From Chrysomallon squamiferum (lineage: Eukaryota; Animalia; Mollusca): 64,000 nucleotides of DNA. Shown piece after piece: positions 1 through 31,600 of the stretch. The stretch lies in the NCBI GenBank assembly GCA_012295275.1, contig CM022673.1, forward strand, positions 7,626,001-7,690,000, written 5' to 3'. Below the pieces are notes generated by a model. The model was not told the origin of the DNA, made no database searches, and saw only the letters and a list, made by a program, of their open reading frames with translations. The stretch's first letter is position 1, and every line of letters starts with the position of its first letter. A program made the translations under genes and the position numbers.

Positions 1-16709
<16,709 letters not shown>

Positions 16710-17830
16710 TTATTATTTATTATGTCTGTACTATTACAAATTATTTTTTAGCAAGCAGTGTTGAAAATATTTGTCCCCTGTTTAACAAATGTTTAAAATT
16801 CAAATCTTTGCTTATCATTTTCTGCCAAACGGAAGTTTTCAAATTCATCCGACAAGCTGTTTAACAGCTAGGCTAACTAAGGAAATGAATTTCGCAATCA
16901 GTTACATGTAACTGCTTGTTATTTTATTGGTTTACCATTGAATTATTCATTACTAATATAAGCAGAAATGACAAAACTTGAAAATATCATTAAATACAAG
17001 GAGGAAGTCTGCTCTCAAACTGTTAACTATGTAAAATCATGTTCTGTTACTAAATGCTATGTTATAGATAAAAGCAGAAATTCTTTTCTGGCCATGCTCA
17101 AGCTTATTCAAATAAACAGCTGGCTGGCCATTTCACACTTAACATTACAGAGTTTGGGTATAAAAGACATTTCTAAATATTGAGGTAGTTAATGAAAATT
17201 ATATTATTAAGGGTTTTTTTAATACTAAAAATATTTAATAATAATAGTAGTAATAAATTAAACAAAACAAAACAAACATATAATAAACAAATAAAAAAGA
17301 TAGTAAGAAAATAACTGCAATCTCTGCAGATTTAAATAAAATTAAATTTATCTTTAGATAATTAACTTATACTGAGCAAGTTAATAATAATGTTTGAGGG
17401 ACAATCAATTTTCTCAGATAAAATAACTAGACAACAGAAAAGGGGGGATTTCATTTCAGTGTAAACACAAAAATGTCTCAGTCAAAAATGTTAACAAATG
17501 TAACGATAATAATAATAAAATTCAAAAATGATAAATTACGAAACCTAAGGGGAAAAAAATGAAAACAATTCTATTTGTATTGTATCAACTAACTATATTT
17601 GTGAACGGTTTATCTGCATGTCTAGATCCATCTACACTGGCTCAAGCAGTCAACTGCTGTCAAATGCTACTGCGCTGAAAAGAATTATGTCGGTTGCTTC
17701 GTCACATGGACCTTGTTTACATCTTGCCGACACGGAAACTTTTACCATACGTCGTTGAAAATCACAAAAAAGGCTAAATAATGCCGCGATTCATCAAAAC
17801 AATAGATTCAAAATACGGAATGCCACTTAC

Positions 17831-18180
17831 TTCTCAGCTTGATTAGTTCCTAAAAAGTCGAGTTCGCAGTAAAAACGTCTTAGACAGGAGCACGGTGATC
17901 GTGTTTTCAGAACAAAGCAAGATGGAATTCAAGATGACCATGACCTTACACCAGTCGGAAACCACAAAGTTGATCGTCGAACAGTTGCTTTGATGGTCTT
18001 TGTTTCTGTTTCACTTGTATAATACACAAATCCCCCTATGTTTTACTTCAGCTGGATAATAAAATAACGTTCTGAAACCCCCGAAAATTTGGCTCTTATT
18101 GAGCCATCTCTATAAGCGCAACATGTCGGGCTGGCTTTCAATGGGGGATTGACCGCGGATAAGGGAAAATAACTGCGTTT
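17831..18180 (-). other. Probable non-coding first exon (5'UTR) of HIPK
   Basis: CpG-richer segment ending in a strong donor AA|GTAAGT (intron starts 17830). An in-frame TGA just before the junction makes 16580 the start codon. The 5' limit is approximate. Confidence 0.55.
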
Positions 18181-18339
18181 CATTTTCTTTTCACATATTT
18201 TAATTCTTTTCATGTGGAAATACAGCTTCAGTCAAATTTTCTAAAACAATGAATTACAATATTTCTCTGTCTTAAAAAGAAGAATATGTAAAATTTTAAT
18301 GTAATACTTACAAACAAATAAATGAAGACTATAACTACC

Positions 18340-18495
18340 ATTTACATTATATCCGTTCGATCCCCCAAAGTCACGTGACGTCATGGATACCAAAGTAAGG
18401 CGGATAGGAAATAAGCAGCCAATAGGTCGTAAGGTAAAGCAAGTGCGCGAACAAAGTTTTACCGCGCTCTGGGTAGTAAATCCGCCCGTCCTAAC
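18340..18495. promoter_or_regulatory. HIPK promoter region: GTCACGTGAC E-box overlapping TGACGTCA CRE, plus CCAAT box
   Basis: GTCACGTGAC 18370-18379, TGACGTCA 18376-18383, CCAAT 18419-18423, in a CpG-containing island within AT-rich DNA upstream of the putative first exon. Confidence 0.55.
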
Positions 18496-18821
18496 AACAA
18501 TACTGTTATGATAAATACATGTTATTATAATTATAAACAACTTTACGGAATAATAAAACAGATTACTAATAACTAGATTTGATAATAACGGCTGAAATAA
18601 AACAATATTCTTAACACTTTAGAACATTTATGACTGATATAGATCTAACGGTGAGAAAAATAAAATAAAGATAAAATATGTATATATATTGTGTATTTTC
18701 AAGTATTTATACTGAGTTCAAACTTTTGCTAATTATAAAGTATGATAGAAACAAGCCACGTTGATAAACTAAGGCTGTAGTTCACCATTTGATAACCTAA
18801 CTGGCTACAGGCATTTAAGAG

Positions 18822-18824
<3 letters not shown>

Positions 18825-18864
<40 letters not shown>

Positions 18865-18957
18865 TTAGAAAATCAAATTAACCATCTCCCCGCTTAATAA
18901 TTTATAATTTTACGACGATGAGTCAACGAATATAAACATCCGATAGTAAATACTGCC

Positions 18958-18995
<38 letters not shown>

Positions 18996-19020
18996 GTTTA
19001 TTTTTTTTATTATTATTATT
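18825..19020. repeat. (AAT)n tract 18825-18864 and inverted (ATT)n tract 18961-19020
   Basis: Direct reading. Other (AAT)/(ATT) tracts occur at 22440-22479 and 49247-49283. Confidence 0.85.
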
Positions 19021-22000
19021 TTTTTTTTTTAGTTTAGTTTGGGGGCATTATGTATACAACCTTTCTCACACTTGTTTAAATTTATATCGACAAACCAACG
19101 TAGTTTGTTTATTTGCTTGTAGCCATTCAAGGGCGCATCTAGGATTACAGAAAACAGGATCTTCATTGTAATGGATAACTTTTGGGAAAATTTTCTCTCT
19201 CTCTCTCTCTGCATTTCTTTCTCTCTATATCTTGCTGTATTACACAGTCAATTTTTCAGTGACGTTTGGCGATATATATTTTAAAATTGTATGTACGTGT
19301 GTTTGTATGTATGTATATTAACGATCGAAATTTAAGTATTTAGAACGGAACTATTTTTACTTCGATAAATTACTTGTTTTTCACGCACGCACACACACAC
19401 ACATTCTTGTGTTTAATTGCAGACTTGAATCTTAAAAGATAATTTTGTAAACATTTTTCATTTTAAAAATAACAAATAAATTGTTCTTAAACTAAATGAA
19501 GGCACAGTTTTTATAGGTGAAAAAGTTAGCAATATGCGAGAATCTACTACTCTCGAGGCGACGTAGATGAGAAAATTAAAAATAATAATAATTAGTAGTT
19601 TATTTATAACTAAACATTTTTTTTTTTTTTTTTTAAATATCTGTTGGAATACTATCCTTCCATGATCAAATTTTATTTAATTTATATATTTGCGCCTGTG
19701 CACATGTTTCCAAATAAACACTTTAATATTAACGGTTATGTGTCGAATATAAATATACATTTTGATATTACGGTTTAGACCACTTGTTGGAAACGGAACA
19801 AACTCCAGAGCTCAACGACCATTCAGGCCTTGGGTCAGATATTTAATTTCAAACCTAGTACAAAGCGTGCCTATTCATCATCAAATATAAAATTATAACG
19901 TGCTTAAAATCCATTTAATAATAAAATATTATTTTTATTATTATTATTATTATTATTTTTTTTTTTAAATATATCTTTTTCTTGGATTTAGTTGGTTTTA
20001 TTTTTCTTGTTTTTTTTTTTTTTTTTTTTTAAATTAAAAAAAAAAAAATTAAAAAAAAAAAAAAAAGAGGAAAGAATTACTTATTACAATAATTTAATTG
20101 GTTAAACAATGATAAAACCCAGACAGCTCAACGTTTTTTTATTGTTGTAATTATTATTATTGTCCTTGCTCTTACTGCTGTTGACTGCAGGCCAATTGAC
20201 ATTTCCGATCATGTTAAAATTAAGTATACGTTTAACACACACACACATGTATGTACAGAACTCCAAAAATATAATTATGAATGTCAACGGAATTAGGTTG
20301 TTTTCCAAACAAATCTATGACTATTGGTTTGACCTCTCTAAGTTCGTGGTAAATTTGTTTGATGTTTTGTGAAGTACACACTTGAACTCAAGGCATTGCA
20401 GAAAACTTGGATAATTATAAAGACTTTCCGTTTAAAACGGCTTTTAATTATTAGAAGCGAAATGTAACCCGGTAGAAACGTGCTTAGCTGCTGTTCGTCA
20501 TTCTAACATCGACAGAGGAACGGTCCCATTAGACTGTTTTCCATTCTAACCAGAGGCGAGCTATGACTCTTTGCTTTAACCAGTTCCAATCACGGTTTGA
20601 ATATCAGATATCATGGTGTCTTACTCCAGGAGAAAATGAATAAAAAAAAGTTGTGTTGCAGTAAAAGGAAAATACAATGAAAGCTGTAACTCATATCAGA
20701 AATTACCAAATTTTGAAAATATGACATCGAATAAGCTTTTATAGAAAATTCATATTTCACTGGTCATTCTACACGAAGTAATTGCCAGTACTTTACAAAT
20801 CTCTTTCGTATCTGTTCACGTTTCTACTTCAAGCAGTTCATTATTTTATTTCTATTTTTTTTCTTCCCACATTGTTTAAAATGTCACAATATATTTGTGA
20901 CATTCAGGTGACATTATCTAGTGCTATGGTATAACGCATCCTTGGGGCGCGGTCGATTTATGTCGGAGGCCCAAAGGCTTTATCTCACACCTCCTATAAA
21001 CATAATAAATAATTACACGAAAAGGATTATTTGTTCTGTCTATGGAATTGGGAAATTTGATAATTTTTATTTCTCTCTGTAACAAAGGTTACTCGAAGCA
21101 GTCATTTTGTCAGAGTAGCGAAAAACGACGAAATTTGCTAAAAGCAATTTCGAGATTGAATTTAATTTGTTTGTTAAAGAATTTGTCAAAGAGTTTGAGC
21201 AAATGAATTTTCCTAAGTAAATAACTAACGTAATTATATGTTTAAACCCACCCCAAAAAAAAACCCATTCCAAAACAACAACATCTAAACACCAGAATAT
21301 TACGTCGTTAGTCCTTTTAATCATTTTCCTTTAAAGGTACCTTTGATGTAGCATATTTAACGTTATAATATTCAACAGCATTGTTATAGGATAGAAAATA
21401 TTCGTTTGTATTGAATTTTTCTTATTGTAGAAATCTCATGAATGTATACTTAATTATAAACACAGATGCGAAAATATATGAACAGACCTGGAAATATGAA
21501 TAAGTGAAAACTGTATCAATTCCTAATAAACATTAATGAAGTCCCGGAAGATCCAGAGAATGACAAAATTCCTATACTTGCTGAGTCACTTCAATTTTTA
21601 TTGTTTCTGTCGACTACTTTCTTCCTGACAAATACTTTAAAAATGTAAAATATGAACTGGGCCCGATATTAATTTTTCTGTTTTGATCATCAAAAACTCA
21701 AATACAATAATTATAATTATAATATTTCAATTTTTATTTGCAATTTTGCTTTATTTTATTTTATTTATTATTATTATTATTTTTTTTTTTTTTTTAAAGT
21801 AAAAGAATATCTTAAGTCAATCTAACGTGATAATGTTGGTTTCACGTCAAAAAGTAATGAGGTATTTCGCGAATGGGTTGGTTAGAACGCGCGTGTGTGT
21901 GTGTGTGTGCAAAATTGACCTTGCCAATTTTTTCACGAAACAGTTTATACAAATTTTCTTAATAAGGTAATTCATTCCATTTTGAAAATTATAATTATAC

Positions 22001-22437
22001 TGATACCACAATAGCGAAAGCCCTTGCCATTACTCTGATTTTTGTTCCGCCCCTTATAACAGAAGATAGATTTTTTTTTACACCAAGTCAGAACGTACAT
22101 AATTTATTACTGATTATATGATTAAACCTGACGAAAAAACAAACTCTTTACAGAATTGATTAAGGCTCGTTAACTAAATAATTAATTACCAGCTTGGTTA
22201 TAAAATCGAACTTTAAAATATTTTTCTCTCTATGTCTGTCTCTCTCTTAGTTTCTGCTGCTGCTGCTACTACTAATACTATTACTACTGCTACTACTACT
22301 ACAAATCCAGAACATCTTCCGAATAATAATAAGAAGAGGAAAAAGAAGGTACTGCAGAAACTCTTGATCATGGAAGTTGTTTCTGTTAATTCAAATGATT
22401 CTGGTACAGGTTTCTCGGTAGAGGTTGTAAATACATC

Positions 22438-22479
<42 letters not shown>

Positions 22480-22499
22480 TCAAAAGCTGATACACTAGA

Positions 22500-22697
22500 C
22501 CAAGTTTAAACATGTTGGAAAACCCCACCACCAGTATTGCGACAGGTGTTCGAAGTCACGTGACAATACTTTTCAATATGGCCACGATGGATTAGCAGTT
22601 ACTAAGCTGCACGTAAACAGTTGATGGTTACACTAATTGACTTAAACTAATGGCTACTCTGTGTTCACATAAGTACTGATCATAATGATGAGCAGAG
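22500..22697 (+). promoter_or_regulatory. Probable promoter and first non-coding exon of the MAP3K19-like gene
   Basis: GTCACGTGAC 22555-22564, then AATATGGC (YY1/initiator-like), then donor AG|GTGAGG after 22697. The next strong acceptor leading to the ATG exon is at 33229. Intermediate UTR exons are not excluded. Confidence 0.45.
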
Positions 22698-25600
22698 GTG
22701 AGGTTATTGATTTTACCTTATATAATAATTTATATCTATGATGTTCCTTTAGATTTTTGTGGTTGCTGACGTTACTTGTAAGATTAGCAGCCGACGCTGA
22801 GAAGGGCATGATTTTTTGTTTTCATACCATTGTTTCTTTAAACAATAATTATTATGATAATATCTGTAGAATTAATAATAGACTTTGGAGAATTAGTAAT
22901 AGACTTCTTTATATTTCGTCATACAAAAATTGTTTACAAACTGCTGAGAAATAAAACATTTGTGAGAAAGATAAAGATCTAACAATAATTTCCTTCACAT
23001 GTTGTCGCATGTCAGTATTGTCTCGTTAATTTTTACTAATATTAGGAGACCACATTTTTTGTTTATATTTTGAATTATTATTTTGTTAAAATATTTAATA
23101 GTGTACTTTGTTAATTGAAATGTGAAAATAAATAATTTTACTTTTGTAAAAAAAAAAAATTAATTAAAGGAATGTTTTGCTTGATTATTGCCAGCTCCAA
23201 GCTACTTAAATAAATAAATAATGTTAATTACAAAAAAGCATCTAAATGTTTTCTTGTAGAAAATTAAGTGAACAAAAAAACTACATCAAAATGTTATATA
23301 TATATAGAAGGTGTAAAAAAAATCCCACACAAGACCCCCATAAAAAACCCCATTGAACCCAGAAATTATTCATCTCAAATAGTTCCAAACAGTAGAAGAA
23401 AATAATAATAAAAATTCAAATTTAATAATTAAAAATTAAATAAAATGTTATAAATAAAATGTTGTTTTATAAAAAATTTATTTTATTTTATTTTAATTTG
23501 TATTTTTTCTTGCTTTTATATATAAAACTAACAGTTTACTTTGTACTTTAAAAAACAACCCCTAAGCAAATCAGCAGTCACTAAAAAAAAATACCAATAT
23601 TATTTGTTGATGTTGTTGTCTTCTTTTTCTTTTTTTAAATTAAAAATATATTAATATTAAAGTGAGGTGAAATTTTTTTTTCTGTAATATGTAAAATACA
23701 AATTGTTTGTCTTCAACAAAGAAAGATTGATTATTAAAATATATTTAAATACTACAGTGATATTTACCCTTTTGAAATGTTTATATATTTAAATTTATAA
23801 CTGGAAAAAAGTCAATCAGATTTTCAAAACAAAACCTAAGTTATGCATTTTTAACTAGAAAAAAAACAAAACAAAACAAACAAATATGAAAAAAGAAACA
23901 AGAAAAAGAAAGAAAGAAAAATAAACAGCAGTTGTCTTTTAATAATATATCTCTTAGCTAGGCAAATATACCTAGACAGTGTACAATTCACAAGGTTTAA
24001 AAGCATGGCCCAGTTTTTCATTGTTGTTTATTTTCCAAAGTAGTTAATAAAAATAGGCTAAGTTGTCAGTCAGTGTTAGTGGTACCGTTCTGTAATAATA
24101 ATATCCTGTGTGTCAGTGGTACTCTGTGTATTTAACCTTACTCTGCTAAGTGAAAAATACAGTCTTAAAAGAATGTTAGTGCCTAGTTTAATAAAAAGAA
24201 AAAGGAAAAAAAAGAATAACAATAAAGCTTGGTCAGTCAGTTCATTCAATTCATATTTTTTTTCTATATAGAGAGAAATAAATTAAACAACATTATATGG
24301 AGCAATAAACAGTATATAATAGATCTGTGAGAAACATTAATTATTTTTAGATGACAAAAATATTTTTCTACTGTTTTTTTGTTAAAGTTGTATCAAAAAT
24401 TTAAAAATAAATAATAATAATAATAATAAAAATAACAAATAAATAGAAACATTGTTTTTTTATCTTTTGCAGTAATTTCAAAATATATGTTCTCTAAAAT
24501 AGCTTCTCATTTGAAGCATAGATTGAATATTGTAATAAGAATTACTGAATTAGTTAATTAACAGAAACCTGGTTTCTTTATTCCTATTGTTTTGGTATAG
24601 GCATGGAAATGGACTGGCAAAAACAATAGATGTTAATTAATTTCTTTTCTTTTGTTTGTAAATTATGTTCATTTAAGCTTTAAGCTGAATGTGATAGGAT
24701 TTATTTCATCATCTTTTATTAAATGAACTACCAGCTAAATAGCATAATTAAATGCTATAGGTTTTACCTTTACTGGTTAATTGAGAATTGTAAGTTTGAG
24801 AAGAAGATTCAAGTTCTACTAATTGACTTGAATTACCGATATACCTGATATTACAGAAATAAATGTAAAAAATTATATATATATATAAATCTAAATTCTT
24901 CATCTGATATTCTTACTTTTAACATAATTAATTAATGTGATCTGGTACCAATACCACTTAATTGATAATACAAAAAGGTAAAATTCTGTTTCTGGTGATA
25001 CACTTTTGCTTGTAATAGAATATATTTTACCCCATTTTTGTGAAGTTATTTCATATACAGAAATTAAGAACATACTGCATGTAAAACGACAATGAGATCC
25101 TTTTATACTCAGTCTGTCAAGAATTATATATTTCTACATAAGAAATATTTCGTATCATGATAAAAACGAAAATGTTGGTTTACATACAACTCATTACCTT
25201 GACTTAAAAAATGTGTTTTAAATTTGGGGTTAATAAATGCTATGTGGCAAACAAAACAAATTGGCAATTCTGAAAAGTTATTTAGGCCACTGACACTTAA
25301 GACCAAATGTGCATTCTGTTGTTAACCACAGCTGTCTTTCCATTAAGAAGTGATGTTAATTGCCTGATATTATTGAAGCAGATGTCAGGTATTGATCTTT
25401 TTATAAAGATCTGAAGTAAGTGACACACTGACAAAGCTGTTGATCTAATTAATTAATTAGATGATATGTTTAAATTTCCATATGATTCTGATCTAACTAC
25501 AACTGACGCTGATATTTTATTTTTTAATTGTTTTTCTCTTTAATTTATTAGTCAGAAGTTAATATTTTTAGTTGTTTTTCATTAGCTTTATTAAACATAT

Positions 25601-28600
25601 TTAAATTTTTAAAAATTAAAATTAAATAAAAATATAATACAAATTAACAATTAAGAATATAAAATATAAAAAGTGATTAGGAATTATCTGATATTTTATA
25701 TAGAAATTAGATAATTTAAAAATTATGTGACTCTAGAATATCTAGAAAGAATGAGGTTTGATTTGAATCTGTAGACCTTAATATTTAATCTCTTTGACAT
25801 GGCTTAGTAAGCTGTTTACATTACCCACCAAGACGAATTTTGTATAAGTATACTTATGTTCTTTTGTGGGTCATATTATCCAAAAGAAAGTTTATAAAAA
25901 AAAAAAAATAAAAAAAATATTTGCTAAAAAAGTCTAATCATAAAGGTTTTTTTTTATTATTATTATTTTTTTTTTTTTTTTTTTTTTTTTTTGCGTTTTG
26001 CATTTAAAATATATTTAAATATTTCACAAAGGAAATTAAAATTTCCATGACAGTCTCCACTGCCTAGTTGATTGTTGGGCAATCACAGCAGTTGAGGATA
26101 TTTCATTTAATTTTCAATACTTAGGGGTTTTTATTGATGAGAAAATACTTACAAAATATATTTTCTGCTATATGAAAATTATACTCCAGTATTTGATAAC
26201 AATAATTATATTCATGTCTAGGCAGTATTTATATATATTTATTTGAGTAATTCTAATATTCACAATCACACTAGAAAATCAAAGAGATATAATTAGAAAA
26301 TAAGGAGATAATTACATGTAACCCAGCCCTGTCCATTTTGACAAAGACTACATTTAATGAAAAATTTGCATTAAAGGATCTTCCCTAGCACAGGGCAGAT
26401 ATCTAGACACAGTAAAGCTGAGATTTTCCTTTTTCAATACAGAGGCAATATATATCATTCTTTGTGACAAAGAACTTGGCAGTGAACCAGATATATATTT
26501 AGGTTTATTCAAACAAAGAGACATCAACTGCAAATAGAATTTAACTTTATTCAAGTCAGCAAACTGCATATGCATTTCATTGGTATTGGTAAGTTTATAA
26601 ACTTAATTTTTTTAAAGTGTAAATTATTTAATAAGGTGCATTCTTAAAGTTAAATGTATTCACTGTAAGATATGTACATGCATGTATCCTCTATGGATTT
26701 TTAAGTATATATGTACTCATTTAAAAAAATAAAAAAATAAAATAAAATGAACAAGCTGTGAAGTTGTGTCTAAGTATTATGTACAATTTATTTATTTGTT
26801 GTTAAGAATAAGATTTATATACAATGGACCCTCTATTACATAATAACTGTTGAATATTAATAAATATATAATGAAGCAATAATTACTATCAAGACCAGGT
26901 CAAACAAGGTGCAGTATTGCAGCATTGTTTATTTAGATAATTTTGCCTAACTGTTAATTTAATAATGTATAAGATGTGGATATTATTTATATGTATGAGT
27001 ATGTATTTACCTTATTTAAATGTGCATTTTTCATGTTTTGCTCTTGTTCTGGATATCCAGAGAGTTTGACATTGATCCTCAGACATTCATGATATGTTTC
27101 TGAGGTCAAAATTCACTATGGAGTTGTTGGGTGAAGGCATCAATTTTGAATTTTTAACTTTGTTGAACTAAAAACTATTCATTCTCAAAGAGAAAAAATA
27201 TATCACCTGTTATGCATAATATATTAGCATTTTGCACAACACTTTTGAATACAGAAATAATTGAATTAATAATTCTAAATATTTTATGCATGTATCCACT
27301 ACATAGAATAGTTTAATTTTATATTTATATCTATGTTTTGGTATATTGCTTTGTTTGAGGTATGGGGACTGAACACAGGTTTTGTCATATCTGGTTTCAG
27401 ATTTTTGTAGTGGTGAGAATAAATAAACCAAGCATTCTATAAGATACGAAACTTTAAAATTTTATTTACATTTGTAATTAATGATATTTTTTTGTTCTGT
27501 TTATTAATTGATATTTGATATGACTCAAAGTTTGAGAGACTTTAATGTATTAGTAAAATCAAAATGATTACAAAGCAAAACGTTGTTTCAGTTCATACAA
27601 CATCGTCAAATGTCTTTTTTTCTTTTTTAAAATTTTAATTTACATTATAGGATATCCCCTGTTATCATTCACTTGATTGAAGATCTAGACTTAAAATTTA
27701 ATTCAACCAGTGTTAAGTAAACCACGTTTATAAAAGTGCACAACAGTTAAAAATGTAACAATAACTGTGTGGATAATTGTAACACTTGTGTCTGATCATT
27801 AATCAATTCTGTTGTTTTAGTATCAGAATTACAAAATAATCAATAACTAATGACATATTGTACTTTTCATTTTCCTGAATTATTTGTCTGACGTGAATAT
27901 CTTAGATTTTAAGTATTTTGCTATTTCTTTCAGTTATTATTTTACATAGATTATTGATCTGACCTATAAACATACTTACATATAACCATGTATACATTTA
28001 TAACCATATGATTTAACTTAGTTGACTGATTTTATCAGTATGTTGCTCTTTGTTTTGCTATTGTTTTGGCTGATAGAACAACATTAAAATATACTATATT
28101 TGTAAATGGAAAGTTCCAAATGGGATCATATGTCATCTAATATATCTGTAACAGTCACTGCATACAGTAATGACCTAATTAAAATGTTGTTGGTCACATA
28201 CTAAATCATATGTTCATATATAATAACTTGTCTGGGGTTACCTCAGGTTCATTTGAGACACAGACACAAATTCGTTATTTGTCATAAAATGACTTCTTAG
28301 TGATAAACATCATGAAAGGTAAATCTTTTGACAGTGAAATCTGAATATTCAGCTTCAGAGATTAGATGAGTTTTCACTTTTGATCATGTTTTTCAACCTC
28401 TAAGGTAAGATATGTCTTAAAAATATCATTAATAATATTAACAAGTTTTTATTGAAAGACATCACAGTTAAATTTTTAAAACAAGCAGTAATGATTTATC
28501 CAGTCCTTTTGCTGGTTCATTATGTATACCTTTGTATTAATCAAAGAGTAAGGAACAAAACAACCATTCATGTTCTACCATTCATCTTACTTTTAATTAA

Positions 28601-31600
28601 TATATTCAGCCAGACTAGATCAATATTAATGAAGGTTTAAGTAGGTACTTTTTTTCTTTTTTTCTTTGTGCCATAAAAATCCCAGTCAGAAAAGATAATT
28701 TAAAAAAGTAAAAATAATACAGTTTTTTTACTAAAACATAATAATAATAATAATTTATGTCTGCATGTATCAGTCTGTTTTTGTTTCTTTGAAAAATGCA
28801 AACCTTACTGTAATTTTATTACATATTTGTATAAAGGAAATATTTTAACTTTTTTTTTTTTTTTTTTTTCATTTTCATTTTAATTTTTAAATTTTATTTG
28901 TTATTATTTTACTGGTTTAAAATAACTCCAAAATATAAATTAGCATTAGATTAATCTTGCTCCTTGTTCTTTTTGTAATGAGATTATAATGACTTGTTGT
29001 CACACTGCAAAATTCAATACATCTACATTATTATTACATTGATTTACTCACTGTAAAGTGCAGTTTATTTCTTTCTGAACACAAAAGATTTCAAAGAAAA
29101 GTCTTAAATCTAAAACATGCTGGAATTAGTAGCAATCAATGAAAGTTTAATAACTATCCAATCTCTGAACATTAAGTTTAACACACCAGTTCACTAATTC
29201 AGTTCTAGATTTTTAGCCCATGAAAGCATACTTCAGTCTTAGCAGAATATAAACATGGCATAGTCTTTGAAACTGAATATGTTCATGACTTCATTTTGTC
29301 CTTGTGCCAAACTGTGTTGATGTCATACTGAGTTCTTGTAAGGCCATTGACTAAAACATCCAGGCAACAAAGAGTAATTTGGGGATATATTGTCAGAAAT
29401 AAACAAAGGCTTAGTTTTTTTTCATTCCTGTTAATTTATTTTACTATTAATATGGTTACAGTATGATTCTATTGAACATTACAGTTCCAAGCTATATATC
29501 CCAAGTGCACAAGAGATTTTCTTTAGTCATTCAATAAATGGGTAAGAATTGATTAAATAATTAATTCAGGACAACAGTTGTTCTTGGTGTAACAATTGAT
29601 TACTTGTAATGCCAGGTGAAACTGTCTGGTTTCTTAAGGACATTCTGCAGACATTTGCAGGGAACTAAATGTTCTGGGTATTCATATGGAAAGGCTAAGT
29701 GTTTACCATGTTATTTAATTTTTCTTCCATATAATTATTTTTTAATCTGCAGTTAACTAAAGTTTCAAAACTTTCATAAATGGAGATTATATAAGCACAT
29801 GGACACATGCAAACAAATAAACTATAAATAAAGGTAAAAACTAAACTATTTCACCAGATATTTATGTACATCTTTTTATTTTCAAATTGGATTTTTATGA
29901 AATAGCATAATTATTGTTTAAAGACAATTGTAATGAAAGTAATAATTAAAATACAATTGGAAAATATTTTGAAAATTAAAGAAAAGAAGTTGATTTTGAA
30001 ATGTTTTACTTTGTTATTTTTAAATATTGTTAATTTTCTTGAAAATAATTAATAAATGGACATGAATTCATTTTCTAATGGTATCTGGCAGAGATAAATT
30101 ATTGGAAGGAAAGAAAGTGTATTATTAGTTTTAAATTGGTTAAAAGAGAGAAATATTGATTTAATCATCAAGATGACTTCTTTACTTCATTTCTTGTTTT
30201 TTTAAATTTTAAACTGGATAGAATAATACTGCCCCAAAACTGGCTTATTAAGATTCATGATTTATGTACTTCTGTTTGTTTTGTGTGGGGGTTTTTGTCA
30301 TTTAAATTAATCTTTGTGTACTGTGAGTCATTTGTCATTTGTCACTATTTTTATTTATTGCAGACTGTTGAATGTTTGAACTAGGAAAATCTTGGAAACC
30401 CACTGGCTTTTAAATTGTACAGTTGGCCATAAACATTAACATGCTCTAGAAAATCTTTTGTAGATTAGATCTAATTTTTTGTTTTTATCTTCTGTTGTTT
30501 TTTTTTTATCAAAAGGTAAATGAATGTCCTTTATTATTATTTGATTTTATTTTACATTTTTATTATATATATATTTTTTTTTTGTGCTGCTCATTTAACA
30601 TCTGTTGTTTCATTATATCTATAAAATGATTTTTAACAAATATAAACAGCAAAGCCAGCTCATTTCTGTTGCAAGTCAACCTGATATTGTATCATTTTGT
30701 ATGACCTTAGTTATTAAAATAGTGTGTGTATGCTTCTGTTTATATCTTTGTAAGACAGGTATATAAAAACATTGTGTCAGACGTGTTTGTATTAAACAGT
30801 TAATCTCTGGTTGTTTTATGTTCAAGTACTTGACTGTCCACATAAGAGTATATACAGTAGTAGGTTTGTTGACATATTTCTACCTATTTTTATATTTAAA
30901 TAAATAACAATAATCAGTAAGCATCCAAAGCACAGATCGTTGAGTAATAAAAGTTAGTTATGTAATAAACTTGTTCTTTGTGAAATTGGTAGAAGTTTGA
31001 CTATGGTTTAAATATTATGGCTAATTAAAACAGTAAATAATAAAAGATATATACTAACTTTTATTGCTATTATTATATAAAGCTTTATTGGGATATTGAA
31101 AAGTTAAAAAGAGTAATCTTTCAATTGGAATTCCTTTGTGGCTACTGATAACCTGAAATGAATTTAGATTGTTTTAAACATCAGAAGCTTTATTTGGTAT
31201 TTAAAACTGAACTGAGGTTTGTTACTTCATCCTTTTTTAGCTGGCAAATTAATGGATGTTTTATATTCCAGATTTGGCTATTTAAATTTATTTTAAATTT
31301 ATCTGTAGTTTTAGTATTTTTCAGATTATTTTGTAATCACTTAACTGCAATATACTTTATTACAGTTCTGGAATTTCTTTTCAAAACTGTTCATAAAAAA
31401 GGTCCTCTAAAATCATTACAAAAACTTAATCTTTCTTTAATACCATAAAATGTGGATAGTTTTATATTGTTTTTATTCTTCTCTATTTTTACTGGGCACT
31501 TGTCAATTATATCATGAAATAAGGCATGAAGAAATAGGCCTGTGGCTGTATTTCTAGCACCGAATATACGGTGTTACATAGTATTTCTTCTTTTCAAAGT

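Noticed and set aside
22232-22498. 88-aa ORF with poly-Ala/Thr/Ile
   Set aside because: Made of (CTG)/(CTA)/(ATA) microsatellites.
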